A stretch of DNA of 31,020 nt from Selaginella moellendorffii (taxonomy: Eukaryota; Plantae; Lycopodiophyta), in NCBI RefSeq assembly GCF_000143415.4, contig NW_003314364.1, positions 197,725 through 228,744 on the forward strand, written 5' to 3'. Below the pieces are notes generated by a model that was not told the DNA's origin, made no database searches, and saw nothing but the letters and a program-made list of their open reading frames with translations. Both the position numbers and the translations under genes were made by a program. Of the stretch, positions 21,361-31,020 are shown one piece after another (the stretch's first letter is position 1; the number at the start of each line of letters is the position of its first letter).

Positions 21361-23828
21361 TGTTCCTTAGTCCGACTTTTATTGGTGCTCAAGTATATTA
21401 CCACTAGTGTCGGCATCGGAAGGTCCGAGGGGTGGGCCTATCCTTGAGGAGTAGCAAGTCGGGAAGACATGGCTCTCTATTACAGTTCATGTGTGAACTT
21501 GTAGACGAGGTGGTGGATAGAAAAGGGCCAATAATGGAACGACTTTGGGATCTTGGGAACAGTATATGGATTTCCTCAAAGAGTTGAGGATGTGATCCAG
21601 ATGAGCGTTTGACTTAGCAAACTGGCTAATGTAGTTGTGGTAAACAACTACAGTTGGGATCACGGGAAAGATAAAGACTCCAAAGCAATAAAGGAGTCAC
21701 AAGATTTTCCTCATATAGTTGAGGTTGGTGCTCATGAATGTGAGACCAGAAGTAATGACCGTGGGAGGTCAAATACGGAAGAGGACTCAAGTCCTTGAAA
21801 AGGTAGCCGGGGCTACCTCTAATAAATGCTGGAACAACCCAAGGAGTTGGGGGTGTATTAAGTGGATGAGTTGGTGTTCTCATCACATGGACAAGTAGTC
21901 CTAAGGGGCAAAGGTTGCCCCCAGAGGACAAAATCAAGTGTCGGAGTAACACTTGTGAAAATAGTCCTTTTGAGTAGGACAGGAATGCAAGAAGTGTATT
22001 CCAGTGAGCTAGTGCCTCACAAGTAGGACCTTACGGGTCTGTGGATGAACCAAGTCCAAAACTGCTGGATGACTCAAGTAGAGTCAAGGAAAGGTCCTAA
22101 AAGGACTGATTGAAGCATTTGGACTGAGGTGTGTTGCACCCCATGAAGGATGGGGGGGGGATCATAGGATCCAAGGATGAGAACAGAGGGTATCTCATCG
22201 ATGGCAAAATGTGCCATGCTAAAGTTATGGGAAAGGTGTTCCCAGAAGAAAACAACTTTGACACAAAGTTGTGTGTGACCTCTATGGTGCAGTGCTAATA
22301 GATGGTTGGCATGAGAAAGAGCGGTGTTGGTCTTGGCAAAGACTTAAACACGAAGGGGAAGTGTCATAGAGGTAGGCTCGTGGAGCCGATGGTGTGGAGA
22401 CACCAAATGTGCCAAGGTGTGATACCTTGAGGCTATGTTAGTGGGTTCATGAGAACCCCTTGCCAAAGGAATCCCAATGGAAATGGGAATGGCATAGCCT
22501 AAGCTGCAGAGCATGCAGTTGGAGTGTGGTGACCCAGATAATGATGGAGGTGTGAAAGCACCAAGCAATGAGTAATAGGACTTGACAACTATGAGGCAAC
22601 TAAGCAAGAAGTGCAAAATAACTGGTTAAACGGGTAGAAGGTAGCTACCCAAGACTTCTAGCATAGGGAAGTCGGATATACCCTTACGGGGGATAAGTTG
22701 CTTATGTTGCGATATAGTAAGTCAATGTCATAAAAGGAAATACTCATTGTCAAGAAAGCCATCATTGGGACACCCGAACACTCTAGAACACCAGAACGTG
22801 GTGTTTAATGTCACGAGGGCAATGGATAAAGCCCAAGGGACTAAGTCCCTAGCGAATGATGGATAGAAGGTGCTATCCAAATGTCCAAGGTTGCGGAGAC
22901 AGGAGAGGACTGTCTACCCAAGTTGGACAAAGCCAAAAATGGAATTTTGGCAAGGCTAGTGATGGGCATGTAAAGGCCCATAAGCAACAATGTAATCCCA
23001 GTGTGTGGGATTATAAGGTGAGCATACCCGGATTGAGGAACCACTCCCTAGGCTATTGGGTAGGTTCATCCCTAAGAATACTTGCTAAGGCATGATAGAA
23101 AGTGCAAAGCTATCCTCCTGGTCTGGAGGAGAATGACCGAAGGAAAGGTGTGAAGCCAAAAGCAAGAAGTAAGGGGATAGAACCGAACCACAGGAATCGA
23201 AGGGCATAACCAAGGTTGGTTATGCCAGCTGGGAGTGGAGAATCAAGTGGGGGCTCGAGGGTGTTGCCGCTAGCAACTATGATGCCATGGAGAGTTTAAA
23301 ATATGGAATTGTCCATGTTAGACTATGTGGCAATTGGAAAGCTTGCAAAAAGGGAGGCCTTAGCAAGCTAAGGGACAGAGTTCCTTCAAGGTTCCCAAAG
23401 ACGATTCTAGGTGACTTAGTACCTAGAAAGGCCAAGTGTAGATGGTTCATAGAACGCGCGAAATCAGAGTGGCGCAGCAGAAGCGTGGTCTTAAAGCTTG
23501 CCATGAGGCAAGGCTGTCAAGGTTAGGGAAGTAGTTCCCAAGTGTTCAAAGAGAGGGCTTTGAACGAAAGTCGATGACCAAGGACTTTCGCGCTTATGCA
23601 GGAACCATGTTACAGTGGTCGGAGGACATGCCAAGTGAGGTTGGCAAGTCGGGGGGAATAAATACCCTAGTTGAAGGTGATAACTTCAAAAAGGGTGGGC
23701 CATGGGGCCGAGCATGGAGGAGTCCATGCATGATCACAGACATGTCAAGTGAGAGGACTTGGCAGTGTGGAGGAACTAGGTTCCTAAGCTGTGATCTATA
23801 GCGCGCTTTAAGTATAAGTTGGTGCACC

Positions 23829-23943
23829 GGCGTGGGGAGTCACGCCAGGCATCTTGTGTGATGCCATCCGTAGATGCATATACGGAGGTTGGGTTCGAGT
23901 CCCGACCCTCTAGTGCTTGGGTTCGAGTCCCAAATCACTAGGG
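23829..23943 (+). ncRNA. Putative five-hairpin cis-RNA with two tRNA T-loop/B-box motifs
   Basis: Back-to-back stems that covary with the split homolog 4577-4644 + 6414-6479. Confidence 0.6.
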
Positions 23944-23944
23944 C

Positions 23945-24236
23945 GTGGTGATGGTTTGGAATATGGGGACACTCATATTTCGGTGGTCATGGACTCTCAG
24001 TGGGGAGACTGGTTTGGGCACACCGCCAAGCGAGGGATGCCTCGGAGTCGTGATGCACGGTTAGATTGCTTAGTGTGGCTCAGCATATCTAACTTGAACA
24101 CTTTGGTGCAAGTGGCACCAAGGACGTGGTGAATGAGATGGGGACACCCAGTCTCAGTTGCTAAGGACCCTTGGCCGGAAGGGCTGGCTTGGGCGCACCG
24201 CCAAGTGTGGGGGATGCCCCCGGGGTCGTAGTTAAC
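23945..24236 (+). ncRNA. Tandem pair of four-way-junction cis-RNA modules (23945-24058, 24126-24236)
   Basis: Same fold as 6481-6594, with compensatory changes. Confidence 0.6.
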
Positions 24237-25405
24237 AAGTTAAAGGTCTGGAAGACCTAGTACCTATTGGCAACCATGTTAAGGTGCCGAGGTGAGATCA
24301 CTAGGTGATCTTGTGGCTAAATAAGGACGCGGTCCTTGTTTGGGCTAAGGAATAAGGTTCCTAGTTCAAAGTGTTGATTTGAACTATTGATGATGGTGTG
24401 GCTTGGTCAAGGTGACCAAGTGGGTAAAGCACCTTAGGGAAATGAGCTATGTCATTGCGATGGCATAGTGTGTCCAAGGAAAGTAGTCTCTAAAGAGACC
24501 CATGGGAGGGTCACAAAGTTGGGCCGTGGATAAAGCCCACAGCAGAAGATGCTAAAGAGACTTACTAGGGGTGAACACCCTAGTATTGGCAAAGCAGAGC
24601 CTTTGCTATGGAATCAAAAGAATACCTCAAGCAGGGAGGTAGAGATTCGGTGTTGCTTGGTGCAACAATCAATGGATAGGAGCAAAAGATGAGTGGCCAA
24701 GATAGGGCCGTGGAATCCCTTGGAAGGAATCCAAGTGGCAAAGTTAGGCGAGGAACACTAATGTGTTGGACGCTAACAAATTGCGGGAAAGGAAGTGTGT
24801 TTCCAAGGATGGATTCCGAATTGCTCCGATTTGGCGAAAGTGGAAGCTCCAAGGGAGGGAGCGGTAAGGTAGCCAAATGATAGGGCCATGGACAGCCCTA
24901 GCACAAAGTATGATAAATGGAACTTAGTGCCCAAGGTGGCACGAAATAGAAGGAGGATGATGGTGCCCTCAAGTAAAGAACTTCCTAAGATGGGGAAGTG
25001 GAGTTGCACAAAAAGTGCAATGCAAGGTGTTGGAGACACCTAGGAAATTGTCTTCCAGAAGGCAAAGAGTAAAAGTTCCAAGGTGCAAACATTCCATAGA
25101 TGGAAATTAAGACTACTCGAGAAGGAGTAGTGGGATTGACTTAGAGAAGGGTCTCTAAGAGGTTTAGCGAGAACTAAACCAATAAAAGGAGAGAACCACT
25201 ACATGTGGTCCAATCAGTCTCTAAGTTGGAGAGACTACCCTCCTTAGAGGATGGGCAAGGCATGGTGAGCCTTTGGTGTCAAACCATTGACGAATATGGA
25301 GAAGGCATGGTGAGCCTTCAATGTCAAACCATCGACAAATATTGGCTAGGTGCCACGGATGGAAATGGTATCACATGCGGGTGTTACTTTATAAAATGGT
25401 TTACC

Positions 25406-25446
25406 GTTCGATGAGGACATCGAACTTCGTCTATGGGTGGTGGAGT
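25406..25446 (+). promoter_or_regulatory. Hairpin and polypurine tract
   Basis: GTTCGATG-AGGA-CATCGAAC, then TATGGGTGGTGGAGT|TG. Confidence 0.85.
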
Positions 25447-27279
25447 TGTGAGACACAAAATCCCTAGGCCCCAAAGTGGAGCTGGAAGGGTGCCACGTGG
25501 TAGTGGCCGAAGCGAAAACCAAACGAGCGTAACACGTTTGGACTAAAAGCTCCGGCTTGAAAGGTCGAGAGCGGGAGTGGAACTCCCAACAAAGTGCTCG
25601 AGGAATGAGCACGAAGCGAGCCATAAGCGAGGCTCTAAAAAGGGACCCAAAAGGACCAACACATGACACGTGGAAGTGTCCGAGATGGACCCGAAGTGGA
25701 GTCCGAGATGGAGTCCGAGATGGACCCGAAATGGAGTCCGATATGGAGTCCGAGATGGAGTCCGAGATGGAGTCCGAGATGGAGTTCGAGGTGGACCCGA
25801 GATGGACCCGAGTTAGAGTCCGAAGTGGAGTCCGAGATGGACCCGAGTTGGAGTCCGAAGTGGAGTCCGAGATGGACCCGAGTTGGAGTCCGAAGTGGAG
25901 TCCGAGATGGACCCGAGTTGGAGTCCGAAGTGGAGTCCGATATGGAGTCCGAAGTGGAGTCCGAGATGGAGTCCGAGATGGACCCGAGATGGACCCAAGA
26001 TGGAGTCTGAGATGGAGTCCGAGATGGACCCAAGATGGAGTCTGAGATGGAGTCCGAGATGGACCCGAGATGGAGTCCGAGATGGACCCGAAATGGAGTC
26101 CGAGATGGACCCGAGATGGAGTCCGAGATGGAGTCCGAGATGGAGTCCGAGATGGAGTCCGAAGTCGAGACCGAGACCGAGACCGAGATCGGGACCGAGA
26201 CCGAGACCGAGGCCGATACCGAGGCCGAGGCCGAGTCCGAGTCCGAGTCCGAGTCCGAGTCCGAGTCCGAGTCCGGAGCCTGAGAGGGTGAAAGCCCAAA
26301 GCGTTCGTCTCCCAGACCCTGGGGGGTTTGGTGAGCTCCAAAAGTATAGTAGGGGGAGGACTGCAGTGGAGCCAGTTTGGCCAGGAAAGGCCAGTTTGGC
26401 CCAGGAAGGCCGGACCCAGTGTTGGGTGATGAGCTGCCCACTGGGAAGTCCAAGACTAGAGTGAACACGGACTGACAAGCGGGGTAGCTTGGTGAAGTGT
26501 TCAAGAGCCGGCTCTAGTTCCCCCGGGAGATCGACTGGCCGATGCTCCCAGTTCAAGTGTGGGTGGCACTACCTACTTGGATACCTGGTGTGGCTCAACG
26601 GAACCCGCTCTAAGCCCATGGCTAGAGCACCTAAGGGCAGAAGGCGAGGAGAGTACCCAGGTGGCTCGCGTAAGGCCACGGTGTTCCGAAATGTTGCCCC
26701 AAAGGCCCAGACTGTGGAAAGGAAGAGGAGCAGTCCTCTGGGGTAGTGACCAAGGACACAGTCGTGTGGTGAGGAAGTCCCAGAGGACCGTGGGACTTAG
26801 TGGTCGGGCCTGTGGGTCTCGATCCAGTGGCAGTGTTGGCAAACACGGCCAGGGGCAGAAAGGGACTTAGTGGGGACTGGCAGAGGGATATTGGGGAAGG
26901 CTATTCCCCTTGTCGGTGGGCATCCTAAGGGTGCTAAGGAGTGGATCTCAGATGACCACTCACGGATGGTTTGCCTAGTCTTGGAGAGCCAAGACTGTGA
27001 TGCAAGTGGTAACGGACTACCAGTGTGGCAAAGGTGATTGGGCATGGCCTTAGCGTAACGGGCTGCTATGTCGGTGGTACCTTTGAGTGTCGGTCATGGG
27101 ATCGGACACGTGGAGCACTTGGACCAAGTGCAAATGTTGAGTGGCATGGATGCTATTCTCGGGGCTAGCAAGTCCCAAGTCCTGGATTGGACTTATGGAG
27201 GTTGTGAATGAGACTCCTCCAAGTGGTCAGAGGTGTGGTTAAGTGACTAAAGTAGAATGGAAAATTTTAGTCGCTTACA
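25447..27279 (+). repeat. 3' LTR of the LARD
   Basis: Offset 5934 from the 5' LTR and followed by TSD ATGGA. Confidence 0.97.
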
Positions 27280-28279
27280 ATGGACAATATCAAAGTTATA
27301 GGCAATGATATTTTAGAGACTTAATTATTAGTGAATAAATCTTGCGAATGTATCATCCAAAGGAAATAACATCCTAATTTATTAGAAGTAACTTGAGCAA
27401 CAATCAACAGAAAAAAATGAATGTGGTAAGATCACCAAACATTGATTCATTCACACTAGCTAATTTGAATAAATCTCGGTCAATAATATGAAAGAATTCA
27501 AATTGCTTAAACAAGTGTTAGCAACATCCTACCGATGTCTCAAACCCAAAAGACCAATCCAGAGCAAACCATAAAGAATATGTGGTAATACAAATACCCA
27601 TAAGCTATCAAAAAGAATAACTAATTATAATGAAAGATTATCTATTATCTCATTAATAAAGAGATGCATAATCATCATTGAAAAAGAATCTGCCATCCTG
27701 AAGAATGGTAAATAATTCTTAGATCAATAATAGTTAAGCAAAACCTTAGACAAAGATAATCAACTATCCTAGATGATAGTCAATCGTCACCAATGATTGT
27801 CAGATGCACATATTAACTTTAACATCGAAGTTAATGAGCCAAAAATGCCTTCCCCAACAACTTTTAATAAATGGAAAAATGAGCATAAAACTCAAAAAAT
27901 TAAAAGTTTGAAGAAGTCTATAGCCAAGTCTCGCCTAATAATGATCACGAGTCTTGTATGAATTAACTTCAATGCTAAAGAAGAAATCATGGTACAACCC
28001 ATAACATCCTCCTCAACACATCCAGAAATCAAACTTTATAATGCCTAAGCTAATGAAGAGTATGTCTGCATCAATCTAAAAGCTAAGCACAGCGAAGTTA
28101 TGCTCAACAAGTGATCACCAAATGATACTCCATGAGTTTATCTATAGCAAAACATAATTCACTTTACAACAAGCATAAAAAGATTCATCAATGATCAATA
28201 TATCCCCAACTCAAATCTAATAATGACTCAACATTTTCAATATCAATCACTAACTTTTCCTCTCAAAAAGTTAGTATAG

Positions 28280-28704
28280 TGTAAGCTCCTCAATTTGGAC
28301 TTCCTAAAATGTCACCCAACCCACCATGCACCATGCTTCCTTGCAAATTCACGCCCTTGTGAATGGAAGTTAAGAGCCGTGGCTCTTCCAAGAGCCTTGG
28401 TCTCTTGACACCCTACCAGCCCAACTAGAGCATATTGAACCCTTGCCAGATGTCAATCAACAGAGTTGGACTTGAGACCTCTTTGATACCAAGTGTAAGT
28501 TCATGAGTTTGGACTTCCTGGGAGGTTACCCAACCCAGTACTATTCAAACCCAAGGACGCTTAACCCCAAATATCCCAAGACCCTTAACCAATTAGAAAA
28601 GAGGGTGCACTCTTGTTTATGGGCCCTTTCCCTCTATATTTGAACCCTTATAGAGCGCCTTTCGAGTCATTCTCTTTAGTTGGTTACAATCCACCACGCT
28701 TCCA
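28280..28704 (-). mobile_element. Cassandra-like TRIM: PPT-like tract, 195-bp LTR (28494-28688) with 5S domain, PBS, short internal region, truncated second LTR (28280-28345)
   Basis: Minus strand reads GCGTGGTGGAT|TGTAACC...CTTACA CT TGGTATCAAAG...GGGTTGGGTGAC...AGGAAGTCCAAA...CTTACA. Confidence 0.72.
28511..28565 (-). pseudogene. 5S rRNA-derived segment (box A, intermediate element, box C)
   Basis: GTTAAGCGTCCTTGGGTTTGAATAGTACTGGGTTGGGTAACCTCCCAGGAAGTCC vs recalled plant 5S GTTAAGCGTGCTTGGGCGAGAGTAGTACTAGGATGGGTGACCTCCTGGGAAGTCC; 45/55 ungapped. Confidence 0.85.
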
Positions 28705-30153
28705 TTGCGCATGGTGGAACCAACTCCCCAAGGTGTTGTAGGCTAAAGGATCCCCGAAAGCACAACCAAAAAGATAAAGAGTTCATCGGATAGGACCGAG
28801 TCTGAGATTGAGTCCAAGACCGACTCTGAGACTGAGTTCGAGATAGAGTCCGGGATTGAGTCCGAGGCTGACTTTGAGACCGAGTTTGAGACAGAGTCCA
28901 AGATCCGAGATCGGGTCCGAGACCGAGTCCGAGGTCGAGTCCAAGGTCGAGTCCGAGATCATGTTCGAGATCGAGTTCGAGATCTAGTCCGAGACCAAGT
29001 CTAAGGTGGGGTCCGAGATCAAGTCCAAGATCAAGTTTGAACCCAAGTTTGAGTATTAATCCAGGTTGGGGGGTGAAAGCCCAAAGCATTTTTCTCCGGG
29101 GGGGGGGGGGGCCTGCAAGGGGTTCCAAAAGTATAGTAGGGATAGTGAGGTCTAGGAACCAGTCTTGAATGAACTCTCCAGTGGTGCTTCTAAACTGACT
29201 TAAGGTTGAGACTGGGGCTGAGGGGCCTTGGGTGGGAGTGAGCATAGACTCGGAGGGTGCCAGAGGAGTCACCCAAAGAAGTGCTCAAGAGCAGCTCCCA
29301 CTCCCAGAAGGGAAACTGACTGCGGTGCTCTTGGCTCATGTGGAGTGGTGCCCCACTTGAGTACTTTGCGGCTCATTGGTCCTCGCCCTTCTTAGGGGCT
29401 TGGGCCTTCCCTTTGGGATGGAAGTTGGGCGGGGGGGGGGTAGAGGTACCCATATCAGGATGTTAGGCCACGGTGTTTCCCCCCGGCATCTGAAGCAAGT
29501 ATTGCACCCAAGGCTTAGGATTTAGAGGGTCCCATGATCAAGTTTTGTTGTACTAAGGGATGTTAAGAACCTGGAGACTTGGTGTGCTTGGCTATTTGTG
29601 CCTGCAGGGAGTGTAGCCGAACTTTAAGTTTAGTCTAACTCGGGGAGGGGGATTGGGACAGATTTGGGAATCCATGGATGGATGGTTAACGCTCTGTACT
29701 CGTGCAGTGAGTAGCTAAAACCAAGTAGGACCAAGTAAAAGCTGGTACAATAGGTAGTAACCTTGGCAAGGGAACTTAGCTAAAGCCAAGGCAGTGTTGG
29801 TTGGATAGATGAGGTAAGCTGGCAAATTGAAAAGGAAAAATTTGTGGCTTACATATAGTTTACACCTAAATTACTTTTCAGAAAAAAACCAAAGTTCAAC
29901 CCCTACTAAATAGTCTTATCTAGAATACAACTAACTCAAACTTGCCACTCAGCTCATTTGAACGCTAACATAAATACTAAGTAGAAAATGCATGAATGTC
30001 AATAACACAAACCTATAGCCAAATCATCAATATTATCTTCATCAAGACTAATGAAACTCAATATCAATCCTATGGAGAAACATCTTATTTCATTCAAATC
30101 TCAACATCAACAATGTCAACAATAAGGTATTGCTTCATTGCCATCAACACCAA

Positions 30154-31020
30154 TGTGAGACACGAAATCCCTAGGCCCCAAAGTGGAGCCGAAAGGGTGC
30201 CACGTGGTAGTGGCCGAAGCGAAAGCCAAATGAACGTAACACGTTTGGACTAAAAGCTCCGACTTGAAAGGTTGAGAGTAGAACTCCCAACAAAGTGCTC
30301 GAGGAACAAGCACAAAGCAAGCAATAAGTGAGTCCCTAGAAAAGAGACACAAGAGGAGTCTGAGATGGAGTCCGAGGTGGAGTCCGAGATGGAGACCGAG
30401 ATGGACCGAGATGGACTGAAGATGGAGTCCAAGATGGAGTCTAAGATGGACCAAGATGGAGTCCAAGATGGACCCGAGATGGAATCCGAGATGGACCCAA
30501 GATGGAGTTCGAGATGGACTTGAGATGGAGTCTGAGATGGAGTCCAAGATGGAGTCTGAGAAGGACCCGAGATGGAGTCTGAAGTCGAGATTGAGACCAG
30601 GACCGGGACCGAGACCGAGCCCAAGACCCAAACTGGGACCGAGACCGAGACCGATGCCGAGGCCGAGACCGAGCCCAAGCCCGAGTCTGAGTCCGAGTTC
30701 GAGTTTGAGTTCGAGTCTGAGGGGGTGAAAGCCCAAAGCATTCGTCTCCCAGACCCTGGGGGGTTTGGTAAGCTCCAAAAGTATAGTAGGGAGAGGACTC
30801 CAATGGAGCTAGTTTGGCCAAGAAAGGCCAGTTTGTCCCAGGAAGGTTGTACCCAGGTGTCGGGTGATGGGATAACCACTGGGAAGTCCAAAGTTAGAGT
30901 GAATACAGACTGACAAGCGGGGTAGCTTGGTGAAGTGTTGAAGGGCCAGCTCTAGTTCCTCTGGGAGATCGAATGGTCGATGCTCTCAGTCCAAGTGTGG
31001 GTGGCACTACCTACTGGATA
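30154..31020 (+). mobile_element. Diverged family-A LTR, cut by the window end
   Basis: TGTGAGACACGAAATCCCTAGGCCCC start, minisatellite and core module colinear with 19513-20650. Confidence 0.92.

Larger units (their letters stand above)
19513..27279 (+). mobile_element. Full-length non-autonomous LTR retroelement (LARD-type), family A, 7767 bp
   Basis: LTRs 19513-21345 and 25447-27279 (1833 bp each), TSD ATGGA on both sides, PBS and PPT present, 4.1-kb internal region without a long ORF. Confidence 0.95.
28280..29853 (+). mobile_element. Chimeric solo LTR, family B variant (1574 bp)
   Basis: TGTAAG...CTTACA with perfect TSD TATAG (28275-28279, 29854-29858). The part from ~28712 onward matches LTR 6660-7804. 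Confidence 0.9.

Noticed and set aside
23800-23935. tRNA gene
   Set aside because: T-arm motifs are present but there is no acceptor stem or anticodon-arm geometry.
27285-28274. AT-rich DNA, probably internal region of the second C element (with 18965-19507 and 29859-30153)
   Set aside because: No recognisable protein motif or structure; the assignment rests only on position.
28511-28565. Functional 5S rRNA gene
   Set aside because: Only the internal 55 nt match; the 5S ends are missing and it lies inside an LTR.

Overview
Eukaryotic (plant-like) nested-transposon region; the ~50-nt GT-AG introns suggest a compact early-diverging land plant such as a lycophyte, which is inference only. Contents from left to right: (1) the 3' part of a DNA transposon with a frameshifted DDD-type (Sola/DUF7869-like) transposase (1-~3655), inserted into (2) a decayed Ty3/Gypsy chromovirus (pol remnant 3657-4482, 3' UTR, PPT, 3' LTR 'B' 6660-7804), itself interrupted by a solo LTR 'A' (4645-6413); (3) an intron-containing Crinkler/RHS-like NTPase+REase pseudogene on the minus strand (~9606-11785); (4) decayed Gypsy pol/gag remnants, old family-A fragments and two LTRs of a family 'C' (13.4-19 kb); (5) a very young 7.8-kb non-coding LARD-type element with two 1833-bp near-identical A LTRs (19513-27279, TSD ATGGA); (6) a chimeric solo LTR B (28280-29853, TSD TATAG) whose left end is an inverted 5S-rRNA-bearing Cassandra-like TRIM; (7) another LTR A running off the end. 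The most notable signals are a covarying four-way-junction RNA with a possible pseudoknot (three copies) and a tRNA T-loop hairpin array, both shared by the chromovirus 3' UTR and the LARD; an apparent spliceosomal intron inside the retrotransposon integrase; and the 5S-TRIM/LTR fusion. All alignments and folds were done by eye, and family names come from motif recall.
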